Shown here: one piece after another, positions 10,161 to 19,160 of the stretch
Layout of the letters: each line of letters begins with the position of its first letter
How positions within the stretch are numbered: position 1 is the first letter of the stretch
Virus record (IMG/VR): IMGVR_UViG_3300027704_000008
Span: 64,001-128,000 of that record
DNA from: a virus
Length of the DNA: 64,000 nucleotides
Direction: 5' to 3' (one strand)
Notes under the pieces: generated by a model
What the model saw: the letters and a program-made list of their open reading frames with translations, nothing else
The model's database searches: none
Told to the model about the DNA's origin: nothing
Program-made: the position numbers and the translations under genes

Positions 10161-11628
10161 TCAAATAAAAATTACCATGCTGAACCATAGCACCATGCAT
10201 GTGGACGCTGATCGTGGTATCCAACAGGAGTTATCAGAGCATTTCTCATTCTTTGTGGAGGGGTATAAATTTATGCCAACATACCGCAATAGAGTTTGGG
10301 ATGGCAAGATCCGTCTGTTTAATCTTCTGACCAGTGAGTTGCCAGTTGGTTTATATCTCGACGTAGCTAAATTAGCCCAGACACGTGGATACCCGATTAT
10401 ATTGGTTGATACAGTATATGGTATGCCCCTACGCAGAGACTTCGTAGACGCTGAGACGGTTACCGACTTTACAAGGAGCATAGACCTACCTTACCCTGCC
10501 TATGACTATCAGCTCGCCGCTATACATCATATAGCGATGTTTAAACGCGGTATTCTACTATCACCTACAGGTTCCGGTAAGTCGCTGATGATATATGCCT
10601 TGATGAGATGGTACATGAAACACGAGACCGGGGATATTCTTATAGTCGTTCCCACTACAGGTCTTGTTGAGCAAATGCAGGGTGACTTCGAGGACTATGG
10701 ATTCAGTAGAGATAACATCCATACGATATACTCCGGTAAAGATAAAAATACAGATAAACGAATTATCCTGTCAACATGGCAAAGCATATACAAGCTAAGC
10801 CCCGTTTGGTTCAAAAGGTTTGGGTGTATCTTTGGTGATGAGTGTCACGGATTTGCAGCTAAGTCTCTATCGAGCATAATGAATAAAAGCCACAACGCTC
10901 AATATCGTATCGGTACCACCGGAACGTTGGATGGTACCAAGACTCACGAGATGGTGCTCAAAGCACTATATGGTCCGGTTATGAATGTGACCACAACTAA
11001 GAAACTGCAAGATCAAGGCACCTTGGCGGCTCTAGACATTGATATCATCCAGCTACACTATCCCAAGCATGTGCGGGAGAGTTGGGGCAAAAAGAAGTAT
11101 CAGGATGAGATCAAGTTTATTACTCAATATGACCCCCGCAACAAGTTTATATCTAACTTATCGGTTGGACTAAAAGGAAACACCCTTGTACTGTTTCGAC
11201 TGGTTGATCATGGTAAGGTTTTGTTTGACCTCACTAAGCCCCTAATTGATCCTAACCGCAAAATGTATTACATCCATGGTGGTGTAGGAACAAGCGATAG
11301 AGATGCTGTGCGACACATTGTTGAGAAGCAGGACGACGCGATCATATATGCATCCATGGGCACCTTTAGTACAGGTATAAATATACGCAACATACATAAC
11401 ATTGTCTTTGCTTCTCCATCCAAGGGACAAATTAAGGTACTGCAATCAATTGGGAGGGGACTGAGATTAGCCGATAACGGTACAACCACCAAGTTGTACG
11501 ATATTGTTGACGATGCCCGCCATATGGGGTATAATAACTTTGCAGTTAAGCATAGCGGAGTTAGAATAAAGATTTATGAGAATCAACTGTTCAAATTCAA
11601 ATTACATGGAGTAGATCTGTATGAATAA
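10144..11628 (+). CDS. uvsW: SF2 DNA/RNA helicase
   Basis: WDGKIRLF, SPTGSGKS, GDECH, GTTGT, QSIGRGLR. Confidence 0.95.
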   Translation: MKLVDNQIKITMLNHSTMHVDADRGIQQELSEHFSFFVEGYKFMPTYRNRVWDGKIRLFNLLTSELPVGLYLDVAKLAQTRGYPIILVDTVYGMPLRRDFVDAETVTDFTRSIDLPYPAYDYQLAAIHHIAMFKRGILLSPTGSGKSLMIYALMRWYMKHETGDILIVVPTTGLVEQMQGDFEDYGFSRDNIHTIYSGKDKNTDKRIILSTWQSIYKLSPVWFKRFGCIFGDECHGFAAKSLSSIMNKSHNAQYRIGTTGTLDGTKTHEMVLKALYGPVMNVTTTKKLQDQGTLAALDIDIIQLHYPKHVRESWGKKKYQDEIKFITQYDPRNKFISNLSVGLKGNTLVLFRLVDHGKVLFDLTKPLIDPNRKMYYIHGGVGTSDRDAVRHIVEKQDDAIIYASMGTFSTGINIRNIHNIVFASPSKGQIKVLQSIGRGLRLADNGTTTKLYDIVDDARHMGYNNFAVKHSGVRIKIYENQLFKFKLHGVDLYE

Positions 11629-12082
11629 GCTAAAGCAGTACAAACTATCATCCGGTGATGAGATCATATGTGATGTGGTAGATTTCACGGACGATGGTAT
11701 TGTTGCTAGGAGGGTGATACAGATTGATACAATGATACTGGAGGATGGTGTCAGGGCATATGTCATGCGCCCCTGGATGCTATATCAAGACGGAATTGAT
11801 CAATATACTATTATTAATAACGATTGCGTAGCAGCTAGCGCAGTTCCCACCGGTGGTATAATACATCAATACTATACCACCCTGCTGACCACTCTCGAGA
11901 CCTATCACGATCGCGAGACTCACGGGGATATTACGGATAGTGAGTTGCAGGACCTATTGACTGATATAGAATACAACAATCATCACTATGAGACATATGC
12001 GCCACACGATGAACCCCTCGAGGCAGACTCCGATCAACCGAAACGCGGAAACGTACTGTACCTAGATCCAATTATACATTAA
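11621..12082 (+). CDS. Conserved T4-like hypothetical protein (possible Sm-like fold)
   Basis: KLSSGDEIIC..RPWM pattern in the usual uvsW-gp55 position. Confidence 0.6.
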   Translation: MNKLKQYKLSSGDEIICDVVDFTDDGIVARRVIQIDTMILEDGVRAYVMRPWMLYQDGIDQYTIINNDCVAASAVPTGGIIHQYYTTLLTTLETYHDRETHGDITDSELQDLLTDIEYNNHHYETYAPHDEPLEADSDQPKRGNVLYLDPIIH

Positions 12083-12117
12083 TCATACCTCTACGGAGCT
12101 TCCCAAACTGCAGGTTT

Positions 12118-12145
12118 ATTATACACTATTTTCAAATAATGTCAA
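12118..12145 (-). promoter_or_regulatory. Antisense sigma70-consensus promoter
   Basis: Minus strand reads TTGACA-N16-TATAAT. Confidence 0.55.
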
Positions 12146-12164
12146 CATCAAACAGGAATATATT

Positions 12165-12770
12165 ATGAGCACGCCCAAAGTAAAACCTAAAGACAAGCCA
12201 CACTATGTCAACAATGCACAGTTCAGTGCGGCAGTTGTTGAGTATGTGGCTTCAGCGAATGAGCAGATAGATCAAGATCTCCCAGCTCCTATGATCCCAA
12301 ATTATATCGCTGAATGTTTTCTTAAAATAGCCGAGGGGCTTTCGCATAAGTCTAACTTTGTTCGTTACACATATCGAGAAGAGATGGTGATGGATGCCGT
12401 TGAGAACTGCTTAAAGGCTATCAAGAATTACAACATTGAAGCCGCTACACGAACAGGCAAGCCAAACGCGTTCTCATACTTCACACAGATATCTTGGTTT
12501 GCTTTCCTTCGTCGCATTAAAAAAGAGAAGGATCAGCAAGAAATCAAGCTGAAGTATATGGCTAGCACAGGTTATGAGGAATACATTAGTGATGGAGGTG
12601 AACTTGCCAACGGCCATGTTGCAACCGCCGCATTCGTTGATCAGCTCAAGGATCGTATAGATCAAATCAAGGCTGTTGATATAGGTGTTAAGCACACACC
12701 TCATCCAGCCCCAAGGAAACGCCGAGCAAGAAAAGTAGACAGTGATTTATCTGATTTTATTGTTGACTAA
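12165..12770 (+). CDS. gp55: Late-transcription sigma factor
   Basis: HYVNNA.F, YIAECFLKIAEGLSHK.NF..YTYREEM..DAVENC, NAFSYFTQI. Confidence 0.95.
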   Translation: MSTPKVKPKDKPHYVNNAQFSAAVVEYVASANEQIDQDLPAPMIPNYIAECFLKIAEGLSHKSNFVRYTYREEMVMDAVENCLKAIKNYNIEAATRTGKPNAFSYFTQISWFAFLRRIKKEKDQQEIKLKYMASTGYEEYISDGGELANGHVATAAFVDQLKDRIDQIKAVDIGVKHTPHPAPRKRRARKVDSDLSDFIVD

Positions 12771-12791
12771 ATCCCCATATACAAGTATAAT
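12763..12791 (+). promoter_or_regulatory. sigma70-type early/middle promoter
   Basis: TTGACT-N17-TATAAT. Confidence 0.8.
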
Positions 12792-12863
12792 ATCTTATTA
12801 ATTGAACTACCTGATCACACACTGATCAGGTACTACCCTTTATTATATTGAGAGGATAAGATC

Positions 12864-13940
12864 ATACGTATAGCAATCTTAAACGATACACATGCCGGAG
12901 TAAGAAACTCTTCCGAAATCTTTATCGAGTACCAGCGCCGCTTCTATGAAGAGGTATTCTTCCCATACTGTAACGATAATGGAATCAAGCAGATTATTCA
13001 TCTGGGCGACTATTATGAAAACCGCAAGTTTATAAACTTCAAAGCCTTAAAAGCCAATCGCATGATGTTCCTTGAAAGGTTAAGGGAGTATGGTATCACG
13101 ATGGATATCATTGCGGGAAACCATGACTTATTCTGGAAAAACTCTTCTGAGTTGTGTGCTCTCAATGAGCTGCTTGGGCATTATATGAATGAGGTTAACA
13201 TTATCCATAAACCTACCATAATGGATTACGATGGGATGAAGATGGGTCTTGTTCCATGGATCAACGCCAACAACCAAGAAACTTCTTTTAACTTCTTAGA
13301 TAATTGTAAAGCTGATATCATAGGAGCTCATCTTGAGCTAGCTGGCTTTGATGTTACTCCTGGTAGGCCAATGGCTCATGGTATGGGAATAGAGCACTTT
13401 CAAAGGTTTGAAATGGTACTGTCGGGCCACTATCACACAAAAAGTTCTCAGAATGGTATTTATTATCTCGGAAGCCAGATGGAGTTTTTTTGGAATGATG
13501 CCCATGATCCTAAGTACTTTCATGTATTAGATACTGCTACTCGTAAACTGGAACACGTTCTTAATCCTATAACACTGTTTGAGAAGATATATTACGATGA
13601 TAGTCAACTGGCGCTAGAACCAGCAAAGTATTTCAACTGTCCACTCGATCATCTTGACCAAAAATTCGTAAAGATTATTGTTACCAAGAAAACAAATCCA
13701 TATATGTTCGACCAGTTCATTGATCGCATTCAAAACCGATCTATATATGAGTTGAAAATTGCTGAGGACTTCGCTGAGTTTAGAGGAACGGCTGTAGATG
13801 ACGACGACGTCTTGATAGAAGATACATCCTCACTATTAAATAGCTACATCGATTCAGTTGATACCAAACTGGATAAAGAACACATCAAACAACAAGTGCA
13901 CGAACTAATGATTGAAGCCCAGAGCTTAGAAGTATCATAG
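12864..13940 (+). CDS. gp47: Recombination endonuclease subunit (Mre11/SbcD-like); probable ATA start
   Basis: In-frame extension upstream of ORF 13062 reads (M)RIAILNDTHAGVRNSS..HLGDYY; GNHD and SGHYH motifs; GAGGA RBS 7 nt before ATA; in-frame TGA at 12849. Confidence 0.9.
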   Translation: MRIAILNDTHAGVRNSSEIFIEYQRRFYEEVFFPYCNDNGIKQIIHLGDYYENRKFINFKALKANRMMFLERLREYGITMDIIAGNHDLFWKNSSELCALNELLGHYMNEVNIIHKPTIMDYDGMKMGLVPWINANNQETSFNFLDNCKADIIGAHLELAGFDVTPGRPMAHGMGIEHFQRFEMVLSGHYHTKSSQNGIYYLGSQMEFFWNDAHDPKYFHVLDTATRKLEHVLNPITLFEKIYYDDSQLALEPAKYFNCPLDHLDQKFVKIIVTKKTNPYMFDQFIDRIQNRSIYELKIAEDFAEFRGTAVDDDDVLIEDTSSLLNSYIDSVDTKLDKEHIKQQVHELMIEAQSLEVS

Positions 13941-15656
13941 ATGATAACATTTGAAAAATTAAGATATCGAAATTTCTTGTCGACAGGTGACGCTTGGAAC
14001 GAGATTAATTTTACTGCCCATAAGACCACGCTGGTGGTTGGTCATAATGGGTCTGGCAAGTCTACAATGCTGGACGCTTTATCGTTTGCTTTATTTGGTA
14101 AGGCACACCGCAATATCAAAAAGGCCCAGCTGGTTAATAGTATCAATAAGAAGGGCACTGTAGTAGAAGTCGAGTTTAAAGTGCATGGGTCTCACTTTCG
14201 AATTCATAGGTCTATTAAACCTAATGCATTTGAGATTTGGAAAGATGATACAATGATCAATCAGGATTCACACGCAAAAGAATATCAAAAAATTCTTGAG
14301 CAAAATATTATTAAGCTCAACCACAAGAGCTTCCACCAGATCGTTGTATTGGGGTCATCCTCATTTGTTCCATTCATGCAGCTAAACAGCTCTAACCGGA
14401 GCGAGGTGATACAAGAGCTGTTGGACATTGGTGTGTTTAGTTCAATGTACCTTATCTTGCGGGAAAAGACCGGCCTTCTAAAAGAAAAGATAAGACAAAA
14501 TGATTATAACATTGATATACTTGAAACAAAGATCGACGCGGCAGTGGATAACATTAGTAAGATCAAACTGATTGGACAAGAGCAGAAGCAATCTAAACAA
14601 GTTCAGATAGATGATTGGAAAGTTAAGATCGATGACCTGCAAGTAGAAAACAATTCATTGCAGGTGGCTGTTGCCTCTGTGCAGGGAGCTGCAACAATGA
14701 GCCAAATTAAGTTTCAGGATCAAATGGCTGGTTATAAGAAGTTCCAGCAACAGTTCTCGCTGGAGATTGCAACTCTCGAAAAGAGCTCTCTATTTTATGA
14801 AGAACATGATGAGTGTCCGACGTGCTCTCAATCAATTGGACCGAAGCTTAAAGAAAAGAAACAACTAGCGGCTTTGGAACGCGATGCTGATCTAAATCGG
14901 GGTATAGTAGAGTTGGATGAAGCTATGAATGTGGCCGGCGCATCACTCATAGAGGCCCAATTATTACTCAAGACGGTTACTGATAACCTGGGAACTATAC
15001 AGCAGAATAACGCAAGTATAGGTCATCTAAACACCAATGTTGCTTCAGCTATGACAGAAATATCTAACATCGGTAAGGGAGCCGGAGATCTCACTGCTGC
15101 CAATAATAATAGGAACGCGCTAACAGAAGAGTTATCTACACTAGAGACAGCCCGCGGGGAGATGAGCTATCAGGCTTTATATAATCGTGTTATAGCCGAG
15201 TTACTAAAGGACACTGGTATCCGCACCAAGATAATTAAGCAATATCTTCCGGTCATTAATCAAGTTGTTAATCAGTACCTACAGACTCTCGACTTCTTCG
15301 TTAGCTTCAACCTTGACGAGAATTTCCAAGAAACTATTCGATCTCGCCACAGGGATGATTTCACATATGACTCGTTTTCAGAAGGGGAGAAGCAACGAAT
15401 CGATTTGGCGTTGTTGTTCACATGGAGGATGATTGCCAAGATGAAGAACAGTGTTAGCACAAACCTTTTGTTATTGGACGAGACATTCGATTCATCTTTA
15501 GACGACGATGGTGTTGACAATCTAATGAAGATACTGTATACTTTTGACACAGATACGAATGTGTTCGTCATAAGTCATAAGGGCGAACTACTTGATGGCA
15601 AGTTCGATAGCAAGATAGAGTTCCATAAACACAAAAACTTTAGTAAAATGAAATAG
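13941..15656 (+). CDS. gp46: Recombination ATPase subunit (Rad50/SbcC-like)
   Basis: GHNGSGKS Walker A, CPTC zinc hook, FSEGEKQRID signature, LLLLDE Walker B. Confidence 0.96.
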   Translation: MITFEKLRYRNFLSTGDAWNEINFTAHKTTLVVGHNGSGKSTMLDALSFALFGKAHRNIKKAQLVNSINKKGTVVEVEFKVHGSHFRIHRSIKPNAFEIWKDDTMINQDSHAKEYQKILEQNIIKLNHKSFHQIVVLGSSSFVPFMQLNSSNRSEVIQELLDIGVFSSMYLILREKTGLLKEKIRQNDYNIDILETKIDAAVDNISKIKLIGQEQKQSKQVQIDDWKVKIDDLQVENNSLQVAVASVQGAATMSQIKFQDQMAGYKKFQQQFSLEIATLEKSSLFYEEHDECPTCSQSIGPKLKEKKQLAALERDADLNRGIVELDEAMNVAGASLIEAQLLLKTVTDNLGTIQQNNASIGHLNTNVASAMTEISNIGKGAGDLTAANNNRNALTEELSTLETARGEMSYQALYNRVIAELLKDTGIRTKIIKQYLPVINQVVNQYLQTLDFFVSFNLDENFQETIRSRHRDDFTYDSFSEGEKQRIDLALLFTWRMIAKMKNSVSTNLLLLDETFDSSLDDDGVDNLMKILYTFDTDTNVFVISHKGELLDGKFDSKIEFHKHKNFSKMK

Positions 15657-15663
15657 GTATATT

Positions 15664-16338
15664 ATGCAATTATCATCTGAAACAATTACAGTGCTAAAAA
15701 ACATGGCCAATATTAATCCTAATATTGTTATTCAACCTGGATCTAAACTAACCACAATAGGTGAGTCTCGAACAGTGTTCGCTACCGCCACCGTTCAGGA
15801 AGCATTTCCCATTCAAATGGGCATCTACGATCTCGATGAATTTCTTCGGGCAGTTGCTTTGGTTGATAAGGCAGATCTAACATTTAATGATAAGTATGTT
15901 CAGATAAGTGACCAGAGTAACAGAGCCTCTATTAAGTATTTCTATAGCAGTCCTGATATTTTAACTAGTCCAAAGAAAGACATTGTTATGCCACATGCGG
16001 AAGTTACATTCACTGTCGATAACGACACCATGAATAATGTAATCAAAGCTGCCGGAGTATTTGGACATGATATGTTCACTGTCACTGCAAATAATGGTAC
16101 GTTGAGTCTAGGCGTTGTCGATCCTGAAGACAGCACCTCAAATGCATACTCCATCGACATCGATGGAGAATTCGAAACAGAGGACTTTAAGTTCATTATA
16201 CGTATATCAAACCTTAAAATGTTGCCAGGCACATATGAGGTCAAGTTGTCATCCAAGGAAATATCTCAGTTCACCAACGTTGAAAAAGATATTACTTACT
16301 GGGTGGCTTTAGAAAAGAATTCACAGTATGGTGGATAA
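15664..16338 (+). CDS. gp45: Sliding clamp
   Basis: MQLS.ET..VLKN.A.IN.NI, GIYDLDEFL, NLKMLPGTYEV, YWVALE. Confidence 0.93.
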   Translation: MQLSSETITVLKNMANINPNIVIQPGSKLTTIGESRTVFATATVQEAFPIQMGIYDLDEFLRAVALVDKADLTFNDKYVQISDQSNRASIKYFYSSPDILTSPKKDIVMPHAEVTFTVDNDTMNNVIKAAGVFGHDMFTVTANNGTLSLGVVDPEDSTSNAYSIDIDGEFETEDFKFIIRISNLKMLPGTYEVKLSSKEISQFTNVEKDITYWVALEKNSQYGG

Positions 16339-16367
16339 ATTAACCAACAATATTATGGAGGCATATT

Positions 16368-16589
16368 ATGTCTAAAGAAGAAGCATTGCAAAAACAAGAA
16401 GCCAACGACACAACTCACGATGCGGTATATGAGTTGTCTAATCGTTCTGGACGCAGCATGATTGCTGTAATTGATACTATCACAGCCCGTGGCGGATTCC
16501 GTGGAGAAGAGTTATCAACCATCGGTCAGTTACGTGACCAGGCATCACAGTTGGTGCAGATGTCTGAGGAATACCATAGCAAAGGTTGA
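16368..16589 (+). CDS. Hypothetical protein
   Basis: GGAGG RBS, ORF between gp45 and gp44. Confidence 0.65.
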   Translation: MSKEEALQKQEANDTTHDAVYELSNRSGRSMIAVIDTITARGGFRGEELSTIGQLRDQASQLVQMSEEYHSKG

Positions 16590-16618
16590 TTGAGAATACA
16601 TATATTATGGAGAAGTGA

Positions 16619-17554
16619 ATGTCAAAAGACTTTTTATGGACGGAAAAATTTAGACCGCACACAATTGAGGATACGATACTTCCGGATAATCTTAAACAGG
16701 TTTTTCAGAAGATAGTTGACTCAGGGGAAATTCCTAACATGCTGTTATCCGGAACAGCTGGGCTAGGTAAGACAACCGTTGCTAGGGCTCTATGTGATCA
16801 ACTCGACTTAGACTACATCGTGGTCAACGGATCAGAGGAGGGAAACATAGAGACCTTGCGGGGCAAGATCAAGCAGTTTGCATCGTCAGTTAGCTTGCAT
16901 GGGGGGTACAAGGTTGTTATTCTCGATGAGGCCGACTATCTTAATCCTCAATCGACTCAACCAGCACTCCGTGGGTTCATAGAGCAGTTCAGCGACAACT
17001 GTAGATTTATCTTAACTTGCAACCTCAAAAACAGAATCATTGAACCTCTACACTCCCGGTGTGGGGTATATGAGTTTAATACTCCCCGTAAGGACATGGG
17101 ACAGTTGTGCGCTCAGTTTATGAGACGGTTAGAGTGGATCCTGGGGGAAGAAGGAGTTTCCTACGACCGATCTGTTGTTGCTAATATGATCCAGACACAT
17201 GCCCCCGACTGGAGGCGAATTGTGGTTGAGTGTCAACGTCATAGTACTGTTGGTCTTAGTGACGATAGGGTTGTTATAAGCAACAATACAACCTATGACG
17301 TTTTGTTTGATCACCTTAAAGATAAGCAGTTCGCTAAGATGAGACAGTGGGTGGTTAATAACATCGATGTCGATACATCCACCATCTTTCGTGGCATATA
17401 TGACCGAATGATGGATAGCGTTGAGCCGAATAGCGTTCCTCAGGTAGTTCTTATTCTAGCAGACTACCAATACAAGGCTGCATTCGTGGCTGATGCTGAA
17501 CTCAATACCGTTGCTTGTTTAACTGAGCTGATGGTTAATGTGGAGTTCAAATGA
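16619..17554 (+). CDS. gp44: Clamp loader large subunit
   Basis: LWTEKFRP, GTAGLGKTT, ILDEADYL, SRC motif. Confidence 0.96.
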   Translation: MSKDFLWTEKFRPHTIEDTILPDNLKQVFQKIVDSGEIPNMLLSGTAGLGKTTVARALCDQLDLDYIVVNGSEEGNIETLRGKIKQFASSVSLHGGYKVVILDEADYLNPQSTQPALRGFIEQFSDNCRFILTCNLKNRIIEPLHSRCGVYEFNTPRKDMGQLCAQFMRRLEWILGEEGVSYDRSVVANMIQTHAPDWRRIVVECQRHSTVGLSDDRVVISNNTTYDVLFDHLKDKQFAKMRQWVVNNIDVDTSTIFRGIYDRMMDSVEPNSVPQVVLILADYQYKAAFVADAELNTVACLTELMVNVEFK

Positions 17555-17940
17555 CCGGTAAATTATCTCCGTTTGCCTTCCTCAATGAGATTAACACTGG
17601 CAAGAAGGATATAATGGTCGACGATATTGCAGAGGGACAGTATGTTCCCTTTGTGGTTAATCGAACCTTATCGTACTTCAAAGAGTGTGTTCTAATCGCA
17701 AATGAGATGAACATTCACCACCACCTAGATCACAAACTCCAGTTTGGCTTTTTGATAAATATAACTCGTAAACGCAAGCGTTTTACGAAGTGGTCCAAGC
17801 CCGAAGTGGATAGTGATTTGAGTGTAGTAAAAGAGTATTATGGATACAGCAATACAGATGCTAGTCAAGCTCTTTCTCTATTATCACCTGACCAAATAAA
17901 AACATTAAAAGATAAGGTGAATAAAGGTGGCAGAAGATAA
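17551..17940 (+). CDS. gp62: Clamp loader small subunit
   Basis: YVPFVVNRTLS, ANEMN, VKEYYGYS motifs. Confidence 0.92.
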   Translation: MTGKLSPFAFLNEINTGKKDIMVDDIAEGQYVPFVVNRTLSYFKECVLIANEMNIHHHLDHKLQFGFLINITRKRKRFTKWSKPEVDSDLSVVKEYYGYSNTDASQALSLLSPDQIKTLKDKVNKGGRR

Positions 17941-18337
17941 TCTTGTACAGTGGACTCCGGCACTCATGCTGGAAATTATACTAAGTGAACCAGACGATTT
18001 CCTCAAGGTGAAGGAGACCCTAACTAGGATAGGAGTAGCTTCCCGCAAGGACAATAAGCTGTTCCAGTCGTGTCATATCCTACACAAACAGGGTAGATAC
18101 TTTATTGTTCACTTTAAAGAGCTATTCATCCTTGACGGGAAGAAGGCTAATCTGGAGCAGTCTGATTTAGACAGACGCAATACAATAGCGCAGTTGTTGG
18201 CCGATTGGGGCCTCGTGGACATATCTGCACCATCCCAGCTAGAAACATTTGCGCCGCTCCGACAGATTAAAATTATTTCCTTTAAGGAGAAGGATCAGTG
18301 GGAGCTGTGTCCTAAATATAATATTGGAAATAAATGA
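17927..18337 (+). CDS. regA: Translational repressor
   Basis: DDFLKVKETLTRIGVAS, QSCHILHKQGRYFIVHFKELF. Confidence 0.97.
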   Translation: MAEDNLVQWTPALMLEIILSEPDDFLKVKETLTRIGVASRKDNKLFQSCHILHKQGRYFIVHFKELFILDGKKANLEQSDLDRRNTIAQLLADWGLVDISAPSQLETFAPLRQIKIISFKEKDQWELCPKYNIGNK

Positions 18338-18489
18338 CCCCAGAAGAACACTATAACAGAATGATGGAGATGTTTGGAGAAGGTATTCCTAACCCCGAAC
18401 ACCACCCAACGAAATTTCAGTACTATGTTAGATTGTATAAACATCTATACCATGGTACTGAAATTCAGGATGCGGATAACCGGTCCTGA
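18334..18489 (+). CDS. Small hypothetical protein (51 aa, MTPEEHYNRMME..PNPEHHP..F.YYV.LY)
   Basis: ATGA overlap with regA stop; translated by eye. Confidence 0.5.
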   Translation: MTPEEHYNRMMEMFGEGIPNPEHHPTKFQYYVRLYKHLYHGTEIQDADNRS

Positions 18490-18522
18490 TAACCTTGCTT
18501 TTAATTAAGGAGGTAGATAATG
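18465..18522 (+). promoter_or_regulatory. ROSE-like RNA thermometer in the hsp20 leader
   Basis: ACCTTGCTT-TTAATT-AAGGAGGT: U(U/C)GCU motif pairing with the SD with a bulged G; upstream hairpin TCAGGA..CGG-ATAA-CCG..TCCTGA. Confidence 0.7.
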
Positions 18523-18930
18523 TCTACAGCAAAAGCAATACCACAATTCCCACACCTTGTGGGTTTCGAGCAACTGTTCGAGCAAATAACTCGCCCGTCG
18601 AGGAAAGTGTGTTATCCACCACACAACATTGTTAAGGTCAACGATACCCAATATGCTATAGAACTAGCTGTGGCTGGTTTTGTTATGAAAGACCTAAACA
18701 TTGAACTACACGATCACGTATTAATTATTACGGGAACTCCTAACGTAGAAAAATCTGTTGAATATATCTACAAGGGATTATCAACTCGCGCGTTCGTTAA
18801 GAAATTTGATATGGCCGACAACGTTGAAGTTGAAGGAGCTACCATTGCACACGGCATCTTAACCATAAACCTGAACGTGGTTAGTCCAAATACTAAATCG
18901 GTACAAATTAATATCAAGGAGGAGATATGA
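18520..18930 (+). CDS. hsp20: Small heat-shock protein (IbpA/Hsp20)
   Basis: YPPHNIVK, IELAVAGF, YKGLSTRAF, A....GIL.I.L alpha-crystallin motifs. Confidence 0.93.
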   Translation: MSTAKAIPQFPHLVGFEQLFEQITRPSRKVCYPPHNIVKVNDTQYAIELAVAGFVMKDLNIELHDHVLIITGTPNVEKSVEYIYKGLSTRAFVKKFDMADNVEVEGATIAHGILTINLNVVSPNTKSVQINIKEEI

Positions 18931-19068
18931 TTAGGTATATTAAAAACGCTAGAAAACGTGACCTAGGATGGGACATCTTTTCCATAGCAATATTCGTAAG
19001 TATTCCATTCGCTATATCATATAGTCTTGGAGTCGGTATATACTGAGGTGGTAAATATCGAACACAAT

Positions 19069-19090
19069 AAGGGGCCAATGAGCCCCTTTT
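19069..19090 (+). terminator. Rho-independent terminator
   Basis: AAGGGGC-CAATGA-GCCCCTTTT. Confidence 0.75.
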
Positions 19091-19094
19091 CTTG

Positions 19095-19123
19095 TTGACA
19101 TATCCTTAATAGACGCGTATAAT
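19095..19123 (+). promoter_or_regulatory. sigma70-type promoter for DNA polymerase
   Basis: TTGACA-N17-TATAAT. Confidence 0.85.
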
Positions 19124-19160
19124 ATATTATTCACCCGTGAACTAAATTAATAGGCTCAAA

